Assembly: GCA_046757645.1 (NCBI GenBank) | Contig: JBHHYS010000003.1 | Span: 1 to 50,671, forward strand | Source of the DNA: Terriglobia bacterium | Lineage (GTDB): Bacteria > Acidobacteriota > Terriglobia > Acidiferrales > 2-02-FULL-67-57 | DNA length: 50,671 nucleotides | Direction of reading: 5' to 3' | Part shown: positions 8,127-18,360 of the stretch, one piece after another | Layout: each line of letters starts with the position of its first letter | Numbering within the stretch: the stretch's first letter is position 1 | The notes under the pieces: model-generated | What the model was told of the DNA's origin: nothing | What the model saw: only the letters and a program-made list of their open reading frames with translations | The model's database searches: none | Program-made: the position numbers and the translations under genes

Positions 8127-11100
8127 TCAGAATGTGAAGCGCAGCGCAAACTGAACCTGGCGCGGATTGGAAATCGCCCGCGGGGTCCCGAAAGCCGGGT
8201 TCGGCGATCCCTCCTGGAAGAAGGGACCTGACCCGCAGACGGCGGGACCGCCGACGGGGCAGAAGTCGGCGGCTCCGTACACGGTATTGAAAAAGCGGAT
8301 GTTCAGGGTATTGAGCACATTGAAGACTTCGCCAAGGAGTTCGACGTCCACCTTTTCGCTCAGGCGGACCGTCCGCGAGACCCGGAGGTCCAAGCTGTAG
8401 AGGCCATCCCCTTCGAACGTGTTCCTCGGTTCGATGCCCACGCGGTCATTCACGCCGAAGATGTCGCCGTTGGCGTCAAATCCGGCAAATTTGGTGAAAA
8501 AGTGAGCTGACTGTAGGGTGAGGATGGTGCCGAACTGGAAATCGTTCACCAGAGGATGGACGTTTGAGGGACCGGCGATGGTGGCGTTGGCCACGAAGCG
8601 CTGGGCGGCATGGTCGGAGGAGAGGGCGCGCTCCAGGTCAAAGCGGGCGCTGTTCTGCGGGATGAGCACGAAGCTTGGATTGGGGCCGTCGTCGAAGGTT
8701 TTTGACCAGGTGTAGCTGACCCCAAAGCCGAAATGGCGACTGAAGCGCTTGTTGACCGTCAGCAAGAGGCCATCGAAAACCGACCTCCAGCGGGAATCGG
8801 CCTCAAAATACACGGCGAAGCGGGGATCGCGTGTGCCGGGGATGCCAGGGGCTGCGAAGTAGGTGTTCTTCACGCCGGTGTTCCCCTGGGAATCGTGGAC
8901 CAGCACCTGCCCGCTGGGGTCGGGCTGGTTGACGTTGAAGAAGCTGCCCAAGTGAATCCCTTTTACGCGCAGGTAACTGACGTTGACCAGCAAGTCCCTC
9001 ACCGGCTCCAGTTCGAACCCCAAACTCATCTGAATGGCGTAGGGGGCCTGGTGGTCGCGGGCGAACCGGACGATCACGGCGTCCCCCAGGAAACCGCAGG
9101 TGGAGAGGAAGCCGCTGGGGCAGAACCCCGCCGCTACGGCGTCGGGATAGGTTCCAGACTGCAACAGGGAGGTGAGCACCAGGTTGGTGATGAACGGCGC
9201 GCTCGCAAAGGCGAAGAGCCGGGTGTTTGCGTTCAGGTCGTCTTCCTTGGCTTCTCGTCCGGGGAAGGCGCCCAAGACGCCGCCGCAAGAGGGAATCTGG
9301 CACATCAGGAGAGGCGAGGGGATAATCCCGTGGAAGATGCCGGCGCCGCCCCGGATGACCAGATTGGCCTTGGTCCCCAGGTTGTAGGCAAAGCCAAAGC
9401 GGGGATCGACGTTGTTCAGATCGTTGTTGAGCGCCGCCTGCCGCCAGGTTTCCCATTCGTAGCGCACGCCGAAGTTCAAGGTCAGATTGGACGTCGCCCG
9501 CCACTTGTCCTGAACGAAGAGCCCGTTATAGGTGTGGTCCAGCGTGCCTTTGGCCAGATTGCGGATTGCGTCGGGAATTCCACCGGCCTGGAACACGGCG
9601 GTGCCGCTGGGGAGCAGGGTGGGCTCGGTGAAATTGCTGGCGGGATCGTTTCTCTGGAAGAAGATCACGAAGGGCGCGCCCGCTTCATAGCTGAACGGGC
9701 AATCGGCGGCCCGCAGGCAGGCAAAGGTAGCCTCAAAGGGGTAGAAGAGCGGGAACGATTCGGTGGTGCGGACGAAGTTGAAATTCCCCCCGAAACTCAT
9801 CATATGTTTGCCCCGGGTCAGGGTTACCTTATCCACCAACTCGAAGCGGCTCTCCCGGTAGAAGTCCGGGTTGCCGCGGTTGACGCCGGTGGTGAAAAGA
9901 TTGGCGATCTCCAAATGGGGCTCCCCGGCGACCGCGGGGAAATCAAAGGTGCGGCGGGCGAACTGACCCCGAAGCTCGTTGAGGAAGGTGGGGGAAAACG
10001 TGGAGGTGAGGTTGACCACCAGAGACTGGTCACGGAAGAAGTTATTCCTGAAGGTCGAGGGGGCGTCAAAGCCATCGTTCAAGGGCGATTGGTTGTTGAA
10101 GCGTCCGTCATTAAAGAAGTACCGCCCGGACACTAAGTGGACATCCGACAAGGCATAGTCCAGCTTGGCGAGAAGGTTATCGGTATTGGCGGTTCGGGTG
10201 ACGAAGAGATTTTCCGGCTGCAACCCGAAGGCAATCTTGGCCTGGTTGACCGTGTCGATGCTGGTGAACAGGGCGGAATTGTAAAAGGGGGACTCGCGGC
10301 GACGTTGCCCTTCGTAGTTGCCGAAAAAGAAGAGCTTGTCTTTCACCAGAGGGCCGCCCAGGGCGAAGCCGAACTGGTTCTGCTGGAGTTTGGTCAATCC
10401 GGGCTGGGAGAGGATGCTTTTGGCATTCAAGGCATCGTTTTGAAAAAACTCGTAGACCGATCCATGGAGCTCATTGGTTCCGCTCTTGGTGATGATGTTG
10501 ACGATCCCCCCCACCGCCCGGCCAAACTCGGCGCTGTAACTGCTGTTGATGACCTGAAATTCCCGCACCGCGTCCTGCGACGGGGTGGTCTTGTGAATGC
10601 CCGAGGCCGTGGAAATATTGTCCGCCCCGTCGACGGCCACGAAGTTGAAATGAATATTCTGGCCACCAAAGGCAAGTTTGGTGACGGGTTCGACGATCAC
10701 GTCCGTGCTGCCGGAGGTGGTTTCTCCGATGGACACGCCGGGGGCCAGCAGGGTGAAATCAATGAATTGCCGACCATTCACCGGCAAGGTGTCGATTTGC
10801 TTCTCCACAATGACGGAACTGACGGCGGTTCGCGTCGGCTCCAACAAGGCTCCGCCCGCTTCGACAACCACCTCCTGGGTCAGTTCGCCAATCTCCAGGG
10901 TAAAGTCAAATCGCGCTGTTCGGCCAATTTCCAGGGTCACTTTCTTGACCTCGCGCCGGAACCCAGCCAGCTCCGCCGTGACCGTGTAGTCGCCGACGGG
11001 TAAGAGCGCAATCCGGTATTCGCCCACCTCGGACGTGGTGGCGGAACGCGAAAGCCCGGTGCTGGTATTGACGGCGGTCACCGTAGCCCCGGGAAGGACG

Positions 11101-11225
11101 GCGCCGGAAGTGTCCAACACCTGCCCTTCCAGCGCAGCCGTGATCGTCTGCGCCCTCGTCGGAAGAGAACCAGCGATCAACAGGAGGAAGACTGCCAATA
11201 CAACCAGAAAGGATTCCCTCTTCAT
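8127..11225 (-). CDS. TonB-dependent receptor with N-terminal carboxypeptidase-regulatory-like domain (Oar type)
   Basis: Signal peptide, GQVLDTSGAVLPGATVT, LPVNGRQF, VREFQV..SSYSAEFGR..GGIVNIITKSGTN, C-terminal PRQVQFALRFTF; start at ATG 11225. Confidence 0.92.
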   Translation of the reverse strand: MKRESFLVVLAVFLLLIAGSLPTRAQTITAALEGQVLDTSGAVLPGATVTAVNTSTGLSRSATTSEVGEYRIALLPVGDYTVTAELAGFRREVKKVTLEIGRTARFDFTLEIGELTQEVVVEAGGALLEPTRTAVSSVIVEKQIDTLPVNGRQFIDFTLLAPGVSIGETTSGSTDVIVEPVTKLAFGGQNIHFNFVAVDGADNISTASGIHKTTPSQDAVREFQVINSSYSAEFGRAVGGIVNIITKSGTNELHGSVYEFFQNDALNAKSILSQPGLTKLQQNQFGFALGGPLVKDKLFFFGNYEGQRRRESPFYNSALFTSIDTVNQAKIAFGLQPENLFVTRTANTDNLLAKLDYALSDVHLVSGRYFFNDGRFNNQSPLNDGFDAPSTFRNNFFRDQSLVVNLTSTFSPTFLNELRGQFARRTFDFPAVAGEPHLEIANLFTTGVNRGNPDFYRESRFELVDKVTLTRGKHMMSFGGNFNFVRTTESFPLFYPFEATFACLRAADCPFSYEAGAPFVIFFQRNDPASNFTEPTLLPSGTAVFQAGGIPDAIRNLAKGTLDHTYNGLFVQDKWRATSNLTLNFGVRYEWETWRQAALNNDLNNVDPRFGFAYNLGTKANLVIRGGAGIFHGIIPSPLLMCQIPSCGGVLGAFPGREAKEDDLNANTRLFAFASAPFITNLVLTSLLQSGTYPDAVAAGFCPSGFLSTCGFLGDAVIVRFARDHQAPYAIQMSLGFELEPVRDLLVNVSYLRVKGIHLGSFFNVNQPDPSGQVLVHDSQGNTGVKNTYFAAPGIPGTRDPRFAVYFEADSRWRSVFDGLLLTVNKRFSRHFGFGVSYTWSKTFDDGPNPSFVLIPQNSARFDLERALSSDHAAQRFVANATIAGPSNVHPLVNDFQFGTILTLQSAHFFTKFAGFDANGDIFGVNDRVGIEPRNTFEGDGLYSLDLRVSRTVRLSEKVDVELLGEVFNVLNTLNIRFFNTVYGAADFCPVGGPAVCGSGPFFQEGSPNPAFGTPRAISNPRQVQFALRFTF

Positions 11226-11439
11226 TGGCTCACCCCCCAAAGCTAAACCCATCTGCGGGCTGTGCACGGATGGGACGTCTTGTACAACAGGCGGATTCTC
11301 TTGTCAACGTTGGTTTTTTCGCCGCCGAAGTGTCGTAGCTGCCTAGGGAGAATTTGTCGCACCAGCCGGAGCGCCCCGCCGTCAATGGCGCGCGCCAGCA
11401 GCTGCTGGAGGAATGGGCCACGGCTCTCACCGGCAAGAA

Positions 11440-12039
11440 TCAACGCCGATGGCGACGATATTCACGCAGGCAGATGCGGTAGGAGGTGCGGGTGTTGAAA
11501 TCCTGCCAGATGGCCGGCGTGCCTACCGACACCAACTTGACCCGCCTCTTCTCGCCACCCACCACCTCTTTGGCCGTTTGGGCGTTTGCCAGTTCGTCGC
11601 GCATTTCGGGTGAGAAAATCACCGGGTGCCCTTGCCGGCCACGGAAGGTCGGAACGACGATCGCGTGCCGCTTGAGTTTGTCTCTGAAAGCAACCACCAG
11701 TCGGCGAATCACCCGCGGCGTCAGCAGTGGATAGTCCACCGGATGGAGCATAAAGGCAGCCCCCGGCGGCACCCGCCGAAGTCCGGCCAACAGCGATGCG
11801 AGCTGGCCGGAGCGCCAGTGGCGATTGACCACAACACAGACACCCGGCGGCATCGCCCGGCGAATCCGAGCCGCCTGGTAACCGAGGACGACGATCGGCC
11901 GCGGCAGGCCGGAGCAGTTTTCAACGGCAATCGCCAGCGCGCTCCTCCGGTCGAATTGTGCCAGTGCCTGCGGAAATCCAAGCCGGGGGGATTTTCCCGC
12001 GGCGAGAAGGATGGGAAAGATATTGGCTTTGGGGGTCAC
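11440..12039 (-). CDS. MocA/MobA-like nucleotidyltransferase family protein
   Basis: ILLAAGKSPRLG, GQLASLLAGL, PVDYPLL, GHPVIF, D.NT motifs; start uncertain (GTG 12039). Confidence 0.8.
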   Translation of the reverse strand: MTPKANIFPILLAAGKSPRLGFPQALAQFDRRSALAIAVENCSGLPRPIVVLGYQAARIRRAMPPGVCVVVNRHWRSGQLASLLAGLRRVPPGAAFMLHPVDYPLLTPRVIRRLVVAFRDKLKRHAIVVPTFRGRQGHPVIFSPEMRDELANAQTAKEVVGGEKRRVKLVSVGTPAIWQDFNTRTSYRICLREYRRHRR

Positions 12040-12314
12040 TGTGGCCGACAGCCCGCGCTGGGATGAGCGGCCCACTCCTCGAATTCAAGCGAGCGCCGCC
12101 CTTCGGCGGCTAGTCCCACCCCCGAAACGCCGGCGATTTGCCCGGCGGGTCGGCCGGGCCCGGAAAACGGCTGCGCGCCCATACGCTGATCCTGCCTTGA
12201 CTCTATCATTAGCGCGATGTAGTAGTAATCGCCTCAATGGCGTGGCTCTGCTGGGCCGCTCAAGACGCCGGGCGCGGCAGACTTCTTCGTCATAGCGATT
12301 GAGGCGCTCATCCG

Positions 12315-13454
12315 ATGGTAAGCCGTGCGGAAATCGAGCGACGGTATAAGAATATCCGTTCTCGGATGGAACAGGAGGGGGTTGACGCCCTCATCGTGTG
12401 CGGCAATCAGTATACGGGCTTTGAGGGCGCGGTGCGCTACGTTTCCGGTTTTGAGATTGTTCATCGCTACGTCTACGTCTTGCTGCCATTCGACGCCGAT
12501 CCCCTGCTGGTTTTCCCCACCGAAGCCCGCTTTATCGGAGACAAGAGCAAACCCTGGGTGAGAGAGCATGTCTGGGCCGAGGTGCCTGGGCAATGGCTGC
12601 GGAACTACGCGGACGCTAACAACTGGAAGCGGCTGGGGGTGTACGGCTTGGATTACATAATGACCGTGCGCGACTTCCGCCAGCTGGCCCGAGGCGGCTT
12701 TGACCTCCTACCGTTTGACTATCAGTTCGACATGGCCCGGGCGGTCAAAAGCGAAGAGGAACTCGGCTACATCCGCGATAGCATGGCCATCATCGTGGAC
12801 GGCTTCTGGGCTCTCCTGGAGGCCTACGAGCCCGGTAAAACCGATGCGGAGATTATGGCCCCCACGGTGGAACTTTTCTTCCTTCGCGGAGCTGGTCCTC
12901 GAATGATGAACATCGTGCTCTCCGGAACGGAAGGCGAGGCCGAAGCCCATTTCAAGATTCCGGGCAAGCGAATTGTGAAGCCCGATGACCTGATGCTGTA
13001 CTCGCTGGAAGTTACCGGGGCGGAGGGCTACTGGGTGGAATTTTCTCGACCCATTATCCGAGAGAACGTCAGCGCCCGCACCGCCGCGATGAAGGAGATT
13101 TATCCGGAGGCCCTGGAAGCTGCCCGGCGGCGGATGCGGGAGGGGGAACGGGCCAGCAGCGTTCATCAGGCGTTTGCGGAGATCTTCACTCGACATGGTT
13201 TTGGTCTCGGGCATCTCTCCGGCCACTCCATCGGCACAACCATGATCGAGCATCCGAAGATTGGAGCCGACAGTGACACTGAGCTCCGGGAAAATATGAT
13301 CTTCGCCTTTCACCCGCAGATCGTGGACAAAGAAGGCAAGGTATGCTTGTACACCCAGGACACCTATAGAATCGGCCCGAAGGAGGGGGAGTCTCTCGCA
13401 GATGTCCCTTGGCGTTTCTTCACGGGCGAGGAAACCCGGCGTGATCGGCTGTGA
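12315..13454 (+). CDS. M24/creatinase-fold protein (Xaa-Pro peptidase-like) with non-canonical metal ligands
   Basis: Creatinase_N-like N-terminus, RAVKSEEE, GHSIG; first gene upstream of the cof operon. Confidence 0.8.
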   Translation: MVSRAEIERRYKNIRSRMEQEGVDALIVCGNQYTGFEGAVRYVSGFEIVHRYVYVLLPFDADPLLVFPTEARFIGDKSKPWVREHVWAEVPGQWLRNYADANNWKRLGVYGLDYIMTVRDFRQLARGGFDLLPFDYQFDMARAVKSEEELGYIRDSMAIIVDGFWALLEAYEPGKTDAEIMAPTVELFFLRGAGPRMMNIVLSGTEGEAEAHFKIPGKRIVKPDDLMLYSLEVTGAEGYWVEFSRPIIRENVSARTAAMKEIYPEALEAARRRMREGERASSVHQAFAEIFTRHGFGLGHLSGHSIGTTMIEHPKIGADSDTELRENMIFAFHPQIVDKEGKVCLYTQDTYRIGPKEGESLADVPWRFFTGEETRRDRL

Positions 13455-13510
13455 AGCTTTTCCTGATGGGCGGGCGCATCGCCCGCGGCGGTGGGACAAC
13501 CGCCTGGTGA

Positions 13511-14737
13511 GTGGCAAACGTGGATAGCCCGGACGCGAGCGCGGCCGTGTACCCGCCCCGCACGGTGGGGATGAACTCTTTGCGGCCCACCCTGGATGAG
13601 GTGCGGGCCGGCTTGCCCCTCTCGCGGGAGATGGCCTACCGGCTGATCCGTTGCGGCGACGATGAGCTGCCGGAGCTTCTCGCGGCGGCGGTGGCGCTCC
13701 GAGAGCGCTTCAAGCCAGGAATTATCACCTATTCGCGGAAGGTCTTCCTCCCGCTGACGAACCTCTGTCGCGATTACTGCGGGTATTGCACATTCCGCCG
13801 GGATCCGCACCAGGCCGGGGCGCAGACCATGACGCCGGAGGAAGTGCTGGAAGTAGCCACCGCGGGCGAGAAGCTGGGCTGCCGGGAGGCTCTCTTCAGT
13901 CTCGGCGACAAGCCGGAACTCGCCTTTCCGGAAATGCGCGCTTGGCTGCACGAGCGGGGCTACAAGTCCACACTGCATTATCTGGAAGCGATGTGCGAAC
14001 TGGTTCTGCGAAAGACCAATCTCCTGCCGCACGCCAATCCCGGCCTGATGAGTGCCGCCTGGCTGAGGCGTCTGCGGGCTTACAATCCCAGTCTGGGTCT
14101 GATGGTGGAAACGACCGGTGGGGCTCTGCTCCGCCCGGGAGCGGCGCACGCGCGCGCCCCGGACAAGGTTCCGGCGCTTCGTCGGCAAACCATCGAAGAG
14201 GCCGGCAAACTAGGCATCCCTTTTACGACCGGGCTGCTGATCGGTATTGGCGAAACCCCCGCGGATCGCATCGACACCCTGCTCATGCTGCAAGAGCTTC
14301 ATCGCCGCTACGGGCACATCCAAGAGGTCATCATCCAAAATTTCCGCGCCAAGCCCACCATCCCGATGCGGAACTGGCTCGAGCCCTCGCGCGGCGAAAT
14401 GTTGCGGACGGTGGCGGTCGCCCGCTTACTTCTGGGCAATATGAACATCCAAGCGCCGCCCAACTTGAGCGCCCCTCACTATGAGGAGCTGCTCTCGGCG
14501 GGCATCAACGACTGGGGCGGCATTTCGCCGCTCACCCCCGATTTCATCAACCCGGAAGCCCCCTGGCCCCACCTGGAAGAGCTCAAGCGACGCACCGAAG
14601 CGGCGGGCTATCGGGTGAAACAACGGCTTCCGGTCTATCCGGAGTTCCTTTCCGCGGTGACGGCCACCCCCGGCCTGCTGGCCGAGAAAGCGTTGGCCGC
14701 CGCCGACCCCCACGGCTACGCCCGGAGGGCAGAATGA
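13511..14737 (+). CDS. cofG: FO synthase subunit CofG (radical SAM)
   Basis: TYSRKVFLPLTNLCRDYCGYCTF, LPHANPG, PFTTGLLIGIGE, HIQEVIIQNF, GINDWGGISPLTPDFINPE. Confidence 0.95.
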   Translation: MANVDSPDASAAVYPPRTVGMNSLRPTLDEVRAGLPLSREMAYRLIRCGDDELPELLAAAVALRERFKPGIITYSRKVFLPLTNLCRDYCGYCTFRRDPHQAGAQTMTPEEVLEVATAGEKLGCREALFSLGDKPELAFPEMRAWLHERGYKSTLHYLEAMCELVLRKTNLLPHANPGLMSAAWLRRLRAYNPSLGLMVETTGGALLRPGAAHARAPDKVPALRRQTIEEAGKLGIPFTTGLLIGIGETPADRIDTLLMLQELHRRYGHIQEVIIQNFRAKPTIPMRNWLEPSRGEMLRTVAVARLLLGNMNIQAPPNLSAPHYEELLSAGINDWGGISPLTPDFINPEAPWPHLEELKRRTEAAGYRVKQRLPVYPEFLSAVTATPGLLAEKALAAADPHGYARRAE

Positions 14738-15687
14738 TCGTCGTCCTCACGGGCGGCACCGGCGGGGCCAAGTTTGCCGACGGGCTGAAGCAGGTCGTAC
14801 CGCCCCGCGAACTCACGGCTGTGGTCAACACGGGCGACGATTTTCTCTGGTGGGGTCTGCCTGTTTCTCCCGACTTGGATTCCATCACCTACGCGCTGGC
14901 CGGCTTGCTGAGTCAGGAGCGCGGTTGGGGGGTGGAGGGAGACACGTTCCACTGTTGGGAGGCGATGGGGCGACTCGGTGGGCCGAACTGGTTCCAGGTG
15001 GGCGACCGCGACCTGGCCCTGCATTTGATCCGCTCGCAACTGCTGGCCGCGGGCAAAACCCTAACCGAGGCGACCGAGGAGATCACCCACGGCCTGGGAA
15101 TCGCGGCGCGCATTCTCCCTATGACGGACGCGCGGGTGGAAACCCGGGTGGTGACAACGGCGGGCGAACTCGGCTTTGAGGAATACTTCGTGCGTGAGCA
15201 CCATCAGATTCCGGTTCGGGAAATCCGATTCGCCGGAGCGGATGAGGCCGAGCCGGCCCCCGGCGTAGTCGCCGCGATTCACGCCGCCGACGCCATCCTC
15301 CTGGCCCCGAGCAATCCGGTCACAAGCATCGGCCCGATCCTGGCGGTGCCGGGCATCTGCGCAGCGCTGAGGAAAACGCCCGCGCCCATCGGTGCGGTCA
15401 GCCCCATCGTGGGCGGCGCCGCGGTTTCGGGTCCCGCAGCCACGCTGATGAAGGCGCAGGGGCTGCCCGCCTCCATCGAGGGCGTGGCCCAGGCCTATGC
15501 CGACTTCCTCGATGTGTTGATCGTGGACAGGCGCGACGCCGCGGCCGCCGCCGCCGTGGAACGGCTGGGAATCCGCGTCCATTCTACGAAAACCCTTATG
15601 GAGTCGCGCGCGGATAAAGCCGAGCTGGCCCACGCCGCCTGGCAAGTGACGCGCCAGGAGCGGGCTCCGAACCAGATGGCGCGATGA
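14734..15687 (+). CDS. cofD: 2-phospho-L-lactate/PEP transferase CofD (FbiA)
   Basis: LTGGTGGAKF, VNTGDD, SPDLDS, WFQVGDRD, PSNPVTSIGPIL; ATGA overlap with cofG. Confidence 0.95.
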   Translation: MIVVLTGGTGGAKFADGLKQVVPPRELTAVVNTGDDFLWWGLPVSPDLDSITYALAGLLSQERGWGVEGDTFHCWEAMGRLGGPNWFQVGDRDLALHLIRSQLLAAGKTLTEATEEITHGLGIAARILPMTDARVETRVVTTAGELGFEEYFVREHHQIPVREIRFAGADEAEPAPGVVAAIHAADAILLAPSNPVTSIGPILAVPGICAALRKTPAPIGAVSPIVGGAAVSGPAATLMKAQGLPASIEGVAQAYADFLDVLIVDRRDAAAAAAVERLGIRVHSTKTLMESRADKAELAHAAWQVTRQERAPNQMAR

Positions 15688-15700
15688 AGGTCGCCGGGCG

Positions 15701-16357
15701 ATGATACTGGTTCCAGTAAAAAATCTCTCCACCGCCAAGCAGCGGCTTTCGACCGTTCTGAACGGGGCCGAGCGCTCGGCCCTCGCCGAGGCGATGCTCG
15801 AGGACGTTTTGCACACTCTAGCCCGTTGGACCCATCGCCCGCCGGTGGCCGTGGTCACCAGCGACCCGAGGGCGCGCCGGCTGGCGGAACAGTTTTCCTT
15901 CGAGATCATCGAGGATCGAGTCAACCAAGGCGAAAGCGAAGCCATCGCGATGGCTACGCGGATCTGCGAAGCCCGCGGGGCGTCAGACACCGTGGTTCTT
16001 CCCGGAGATATTCCCTTCCTGCAAGTCAGCGAGCTTGAAAGCATATTCGCCGCCGCGCCGGCCCAGGGGGCGCTGCTGGTGCCCTCGGCCGACGGGCGCG
16101 GAACCAACGCGGCGTTGCGAAGACCGCCGGCCCTGTTCCCTTTGCGTTTTGGGGACGCCAGTTTCGAGCGGCATCTGCGGGCGGCACGCGCCACCGGCAA
16201 GCCTTGCGCCATCCTGCGGCTGCCCGGCATCGCACTGGATATTGACACGCCGGCGGATGTGGCTTTGCTGCTCGCCGCCGAAAGCCGCACTCGCACCCAG
16301 CGATTGTTGCGCGCCTGGAACGTGCGGGATCCGCTGCTGGCGGCCAGCAGCCGGTAA
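15701..16357 (+). CDS. cofC: 2-phospho-L-lactate/PEP guanylyltransferase CofC (FbiD)
   Basis: VPVKNLSTAKQRLS, PGDIP, GRGTNA, FGDASF..H, LDIDTPAD. Confidence 0.93.
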   Translation: MILVPVKNLSTAKQRLSTVLNGAERSALAEAMLEDVLHTLARWTHRPPVAVVTSDPRARRLAEQFSFEIIEDRVNQGESEAIAMATRICEARGASDTVVLPGDIPFLQVSELESIFAAAPAQGALLVPSADGRGTNAALRRPPALFPLRFGDASFERHLRAARATGKPCAILRLPGIALDIDTPADVALLLAAESRTRTQRLLRAWNVRDPLLAASSR

Positions 16358-16364
16358 GACAGCG

Positions 16365-17117
16365 ATGGGAGAGCTGCGGGCCATCCCGGTGCGGGGTATT
16401 GGAGAGATCAAAGCCGGTGAAGCGCTGGCAGAAAAAATCCTGGCGGCCCTCAAGCGGCAGAGGCGCCGACTAATCCGAGGAGATATCCTGGTCGTGACCC
16501 ACAAGGTGGTCTCCAAAGCGGAGGGGCGGGTGGTGCCCCTGGCGCGGGTCAGACCCTCTGCGCGGGCCCGGCGGTGGGCGCGTCGGCACGGCCTCGATGC
16601 CCGGGTGGCCGAACTGGCGTTGTCGCACAGCCGTCGCATAGTGCGGATGCGCCGGGGTATCCTGATCACCGAAACCCGCCACGGTTTTGTTTGCGCCAAT
16701 AGCGGGGTGGATTTGTCCAACGTCGACGGCGGCACCAGCGCCGTCCTGCTCCCGCGGGATCCCGACCGCTCAGCCGCCGTCTTGCATCGTGCTCTCAAAA
16801 GGAAACTCCGCCTGTCGATCCCCGTCATCATCGCCGACAGTTTTGGGCGTCCCTGGCGAGAGGGCTTGTGCCAGGTGGCGGTGGGGGTGGCCGGGATGAA
16901 CGCCTTTCGGGACTTCCGCGGACGGCGCGACCCCTGTGGGTATCGGCTGCGCGTTACGCTGGAGGCGGTGGCGGACGAGCTGGCCGGCTTGGCGGGCCTG
17001 GCGGGCGACAAGCTTTCGCGTACACCCGCGTGCATTGTCCGGGGCTTCCCCTATCGAGGCGGGCGGGGACGGGCGCGGGATCTGATTCGCCCCCGCGGCC
17101 GAGATCTCTTTCGTTGA
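16365..17117 (+). CDS. cofE: Coenzyme F420-0:L-glutamate ligase CofE (stand-alone, no nitroreductase domain)
   Basis: GDILVVTHKVVSKAEGR, CANSGVDLSN, LLPRDPD.SA, DSFGRPWR.G, AVADELA; start ATG 16365. Confidence 0.93.
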   Translation: MGELRAIPVRGIGEIKAGEALAEKILAALKRQRRRLIRGDILVVTHKVVSKAEGRVVPLARVRPSARARRWARRHGLDARVAELALSHSRRIVRMRRGILITETRHGFVCANSGVDLSNVDGGTSAVLLPRDPDRSAAVLHRALKRKLRLSIPVIIADSFGRPWREGLCQVAVGVAGMNAFRDFRGRRDPCGYRLRVTLEAVADELAGLAGLAGDKLSRTPACIVRGFPYRGGRGRARDLIRPRGRDLFR

Positions 17118-17127
17118 GGAGGCGCTT

Positions 17128-18360
17128 ATGTCACCCGGTTTGTGCCGTTCCGAACTCGAGACGTTCACCGCGCTCGACTGGCGCCAGCTCGAAAGCCGCC
17201 TGGCTCCCGACGTGCGCGCCGCCTTGGAGAAGGTTTTGGAAACGCACGACGGTGGCACACTCTCCTATGAGGAATGCCTCCGCCTGGCTCAGGCGGAAGG
17301 AAACGATCTGCTGGGATTGTTGAGCGCCGCCGACCGGCTGCGGAAGGAGCTGGTGGGCGACGTGGTCACCTACATCGTCAATCGAAACATCAACTTCACC
17401 AATGTCTGCTTCATCGGGTGCAAGTTTTGCGCCTTCAGCCGGGGGCCGCGGGATTCGGACGCCTACTTTCTCTCGCTGGAAGAGGTGGTCCGCAAGGCGG
17501 TGGAGGCCTGGGAGCGCGGGGCCAGCGAAGTCTGCATCCAGGGCGGACTGCCGCGGATCCTCCCCGCGTTCTACTACCGGGACATCTTGCGCGGCGTAAA
17601 GGAAGCGGTTCCAGCTATTCACACCCACGCTTTCTCCCCCATGGAGGTGGTCTACGGCGTCGAACTCACGCGAATGCCGCTGGGCGATTACCTGGCGATG
17701 TTGAAGGCAGAAGGGCTGGGAACCCTTCCGGGCACCGCGGCGGAGATACTCGACGACCCGGTGCGGGTTGTGCTTTCCCGGAACAAGCTCTCCGTGCGCC
17801 AGTGGCGAGAGGTGATAACGACCGCCCACCGCTGCGGCCTGCGCACTACCTCGACCCTGATGTATGGCCACGTGGAAACCCCGGCCCATTGGGTCAACCA
17901 GCTTCTGCTCTTCCGCCAGATTCAGAAGGAAACGGGTGGGTTTACCGAGTTCGTTCCCCTGGGGTTCATCCACGCGAACACCTTGCTTTTCCAGCAAGGC
18001 ATCGCGCGCCCCGGGCCGACCCTCGAAGAGCACCTCAAAATCCACGCGCTCGCCCGGGTGTTGCTCGCCGGCGCCATTCACAACATTCAGGTCTCCTGGG
18101 TGAAGCTAGGTCGGGGCTTGTCCCAACTCTGCCTGCAGGCGGGCGCGAATGATTATGGCGGAACCCTGATGGAAGAAAACATCTCGCGGTTGGCCGGGGC
18201 GACCGCCGGCCAGTACGTGAGTCCGGAGGAGTTTCACGAACGAATTCGGGAGCTGGGACGCATCCCGGCAGAGCGCAATACGACCTACACAAAGCTTCGC
18301 TTCAATGCGGAGGTCTCCCCTCCCCCTGCATCCGCCGGGCAATGGGAAGGGCGCGCATGA
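17128..18360 (+). CDS. cofH: FO synthase subunit CofH (radical SAM)
   Basis: VNRNINFTNVCFIGCKFCAF, PGTAAEILDD, FTEFVPL, NIQVSWVKLG, GANDYGGTLMEENISR. Confidence 0.93.
   Translation: MSPGLCRSELETFTALDWRQLESRLAPDVRAALEKVLETHDGGTLSYEECLRLAQAEGNDLLGLLSAADRLRKELVGDVVTYIVNRNINFTNVCFIGCKFCAFSRGPRDSDAYFLSLEEVVRKAVEAWERGASEVCIQGGLPRILPAFYYRDILRGVKEAVPAIHTHAFSPMEVVYGVELTRMPLGDYLAMLKAEGLGTLPGTAAEILDDPVRVVLSRNKLSVRQWREVITTAHRCGLRTTSTLMYGHVETPAHWVNQLLLFRQIQKETGGFTEFVPLGFIHANTLLFQQGIARPGPTLEEHLKIHALARVLLAGAIHNIQVSWVKLGRGLSQLCLQAGANDYGGTLMEENISRLAGATAGQYVSPEEFHERIRELGRIPAERNTTYTKLRFNAEVSPPPASAGQWEGRA

Noticed and set aside
8733-11003. Long antisense ORFs opposite the TonB receptor (and similar shadows opposite ftsH, glmM and the cof genes)
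   Set aside because: Expected shadow frames in high-GC coding DNA; no recognisable motifs
11279-11307. Sigma-70 promoter with a TTGTACAA palindromic operator upstream of the first TonB receptor
   Set aside because: TTGACA is present but the -10 (TACAAG) is weak, and an 8-bp palindrome is not significant alone
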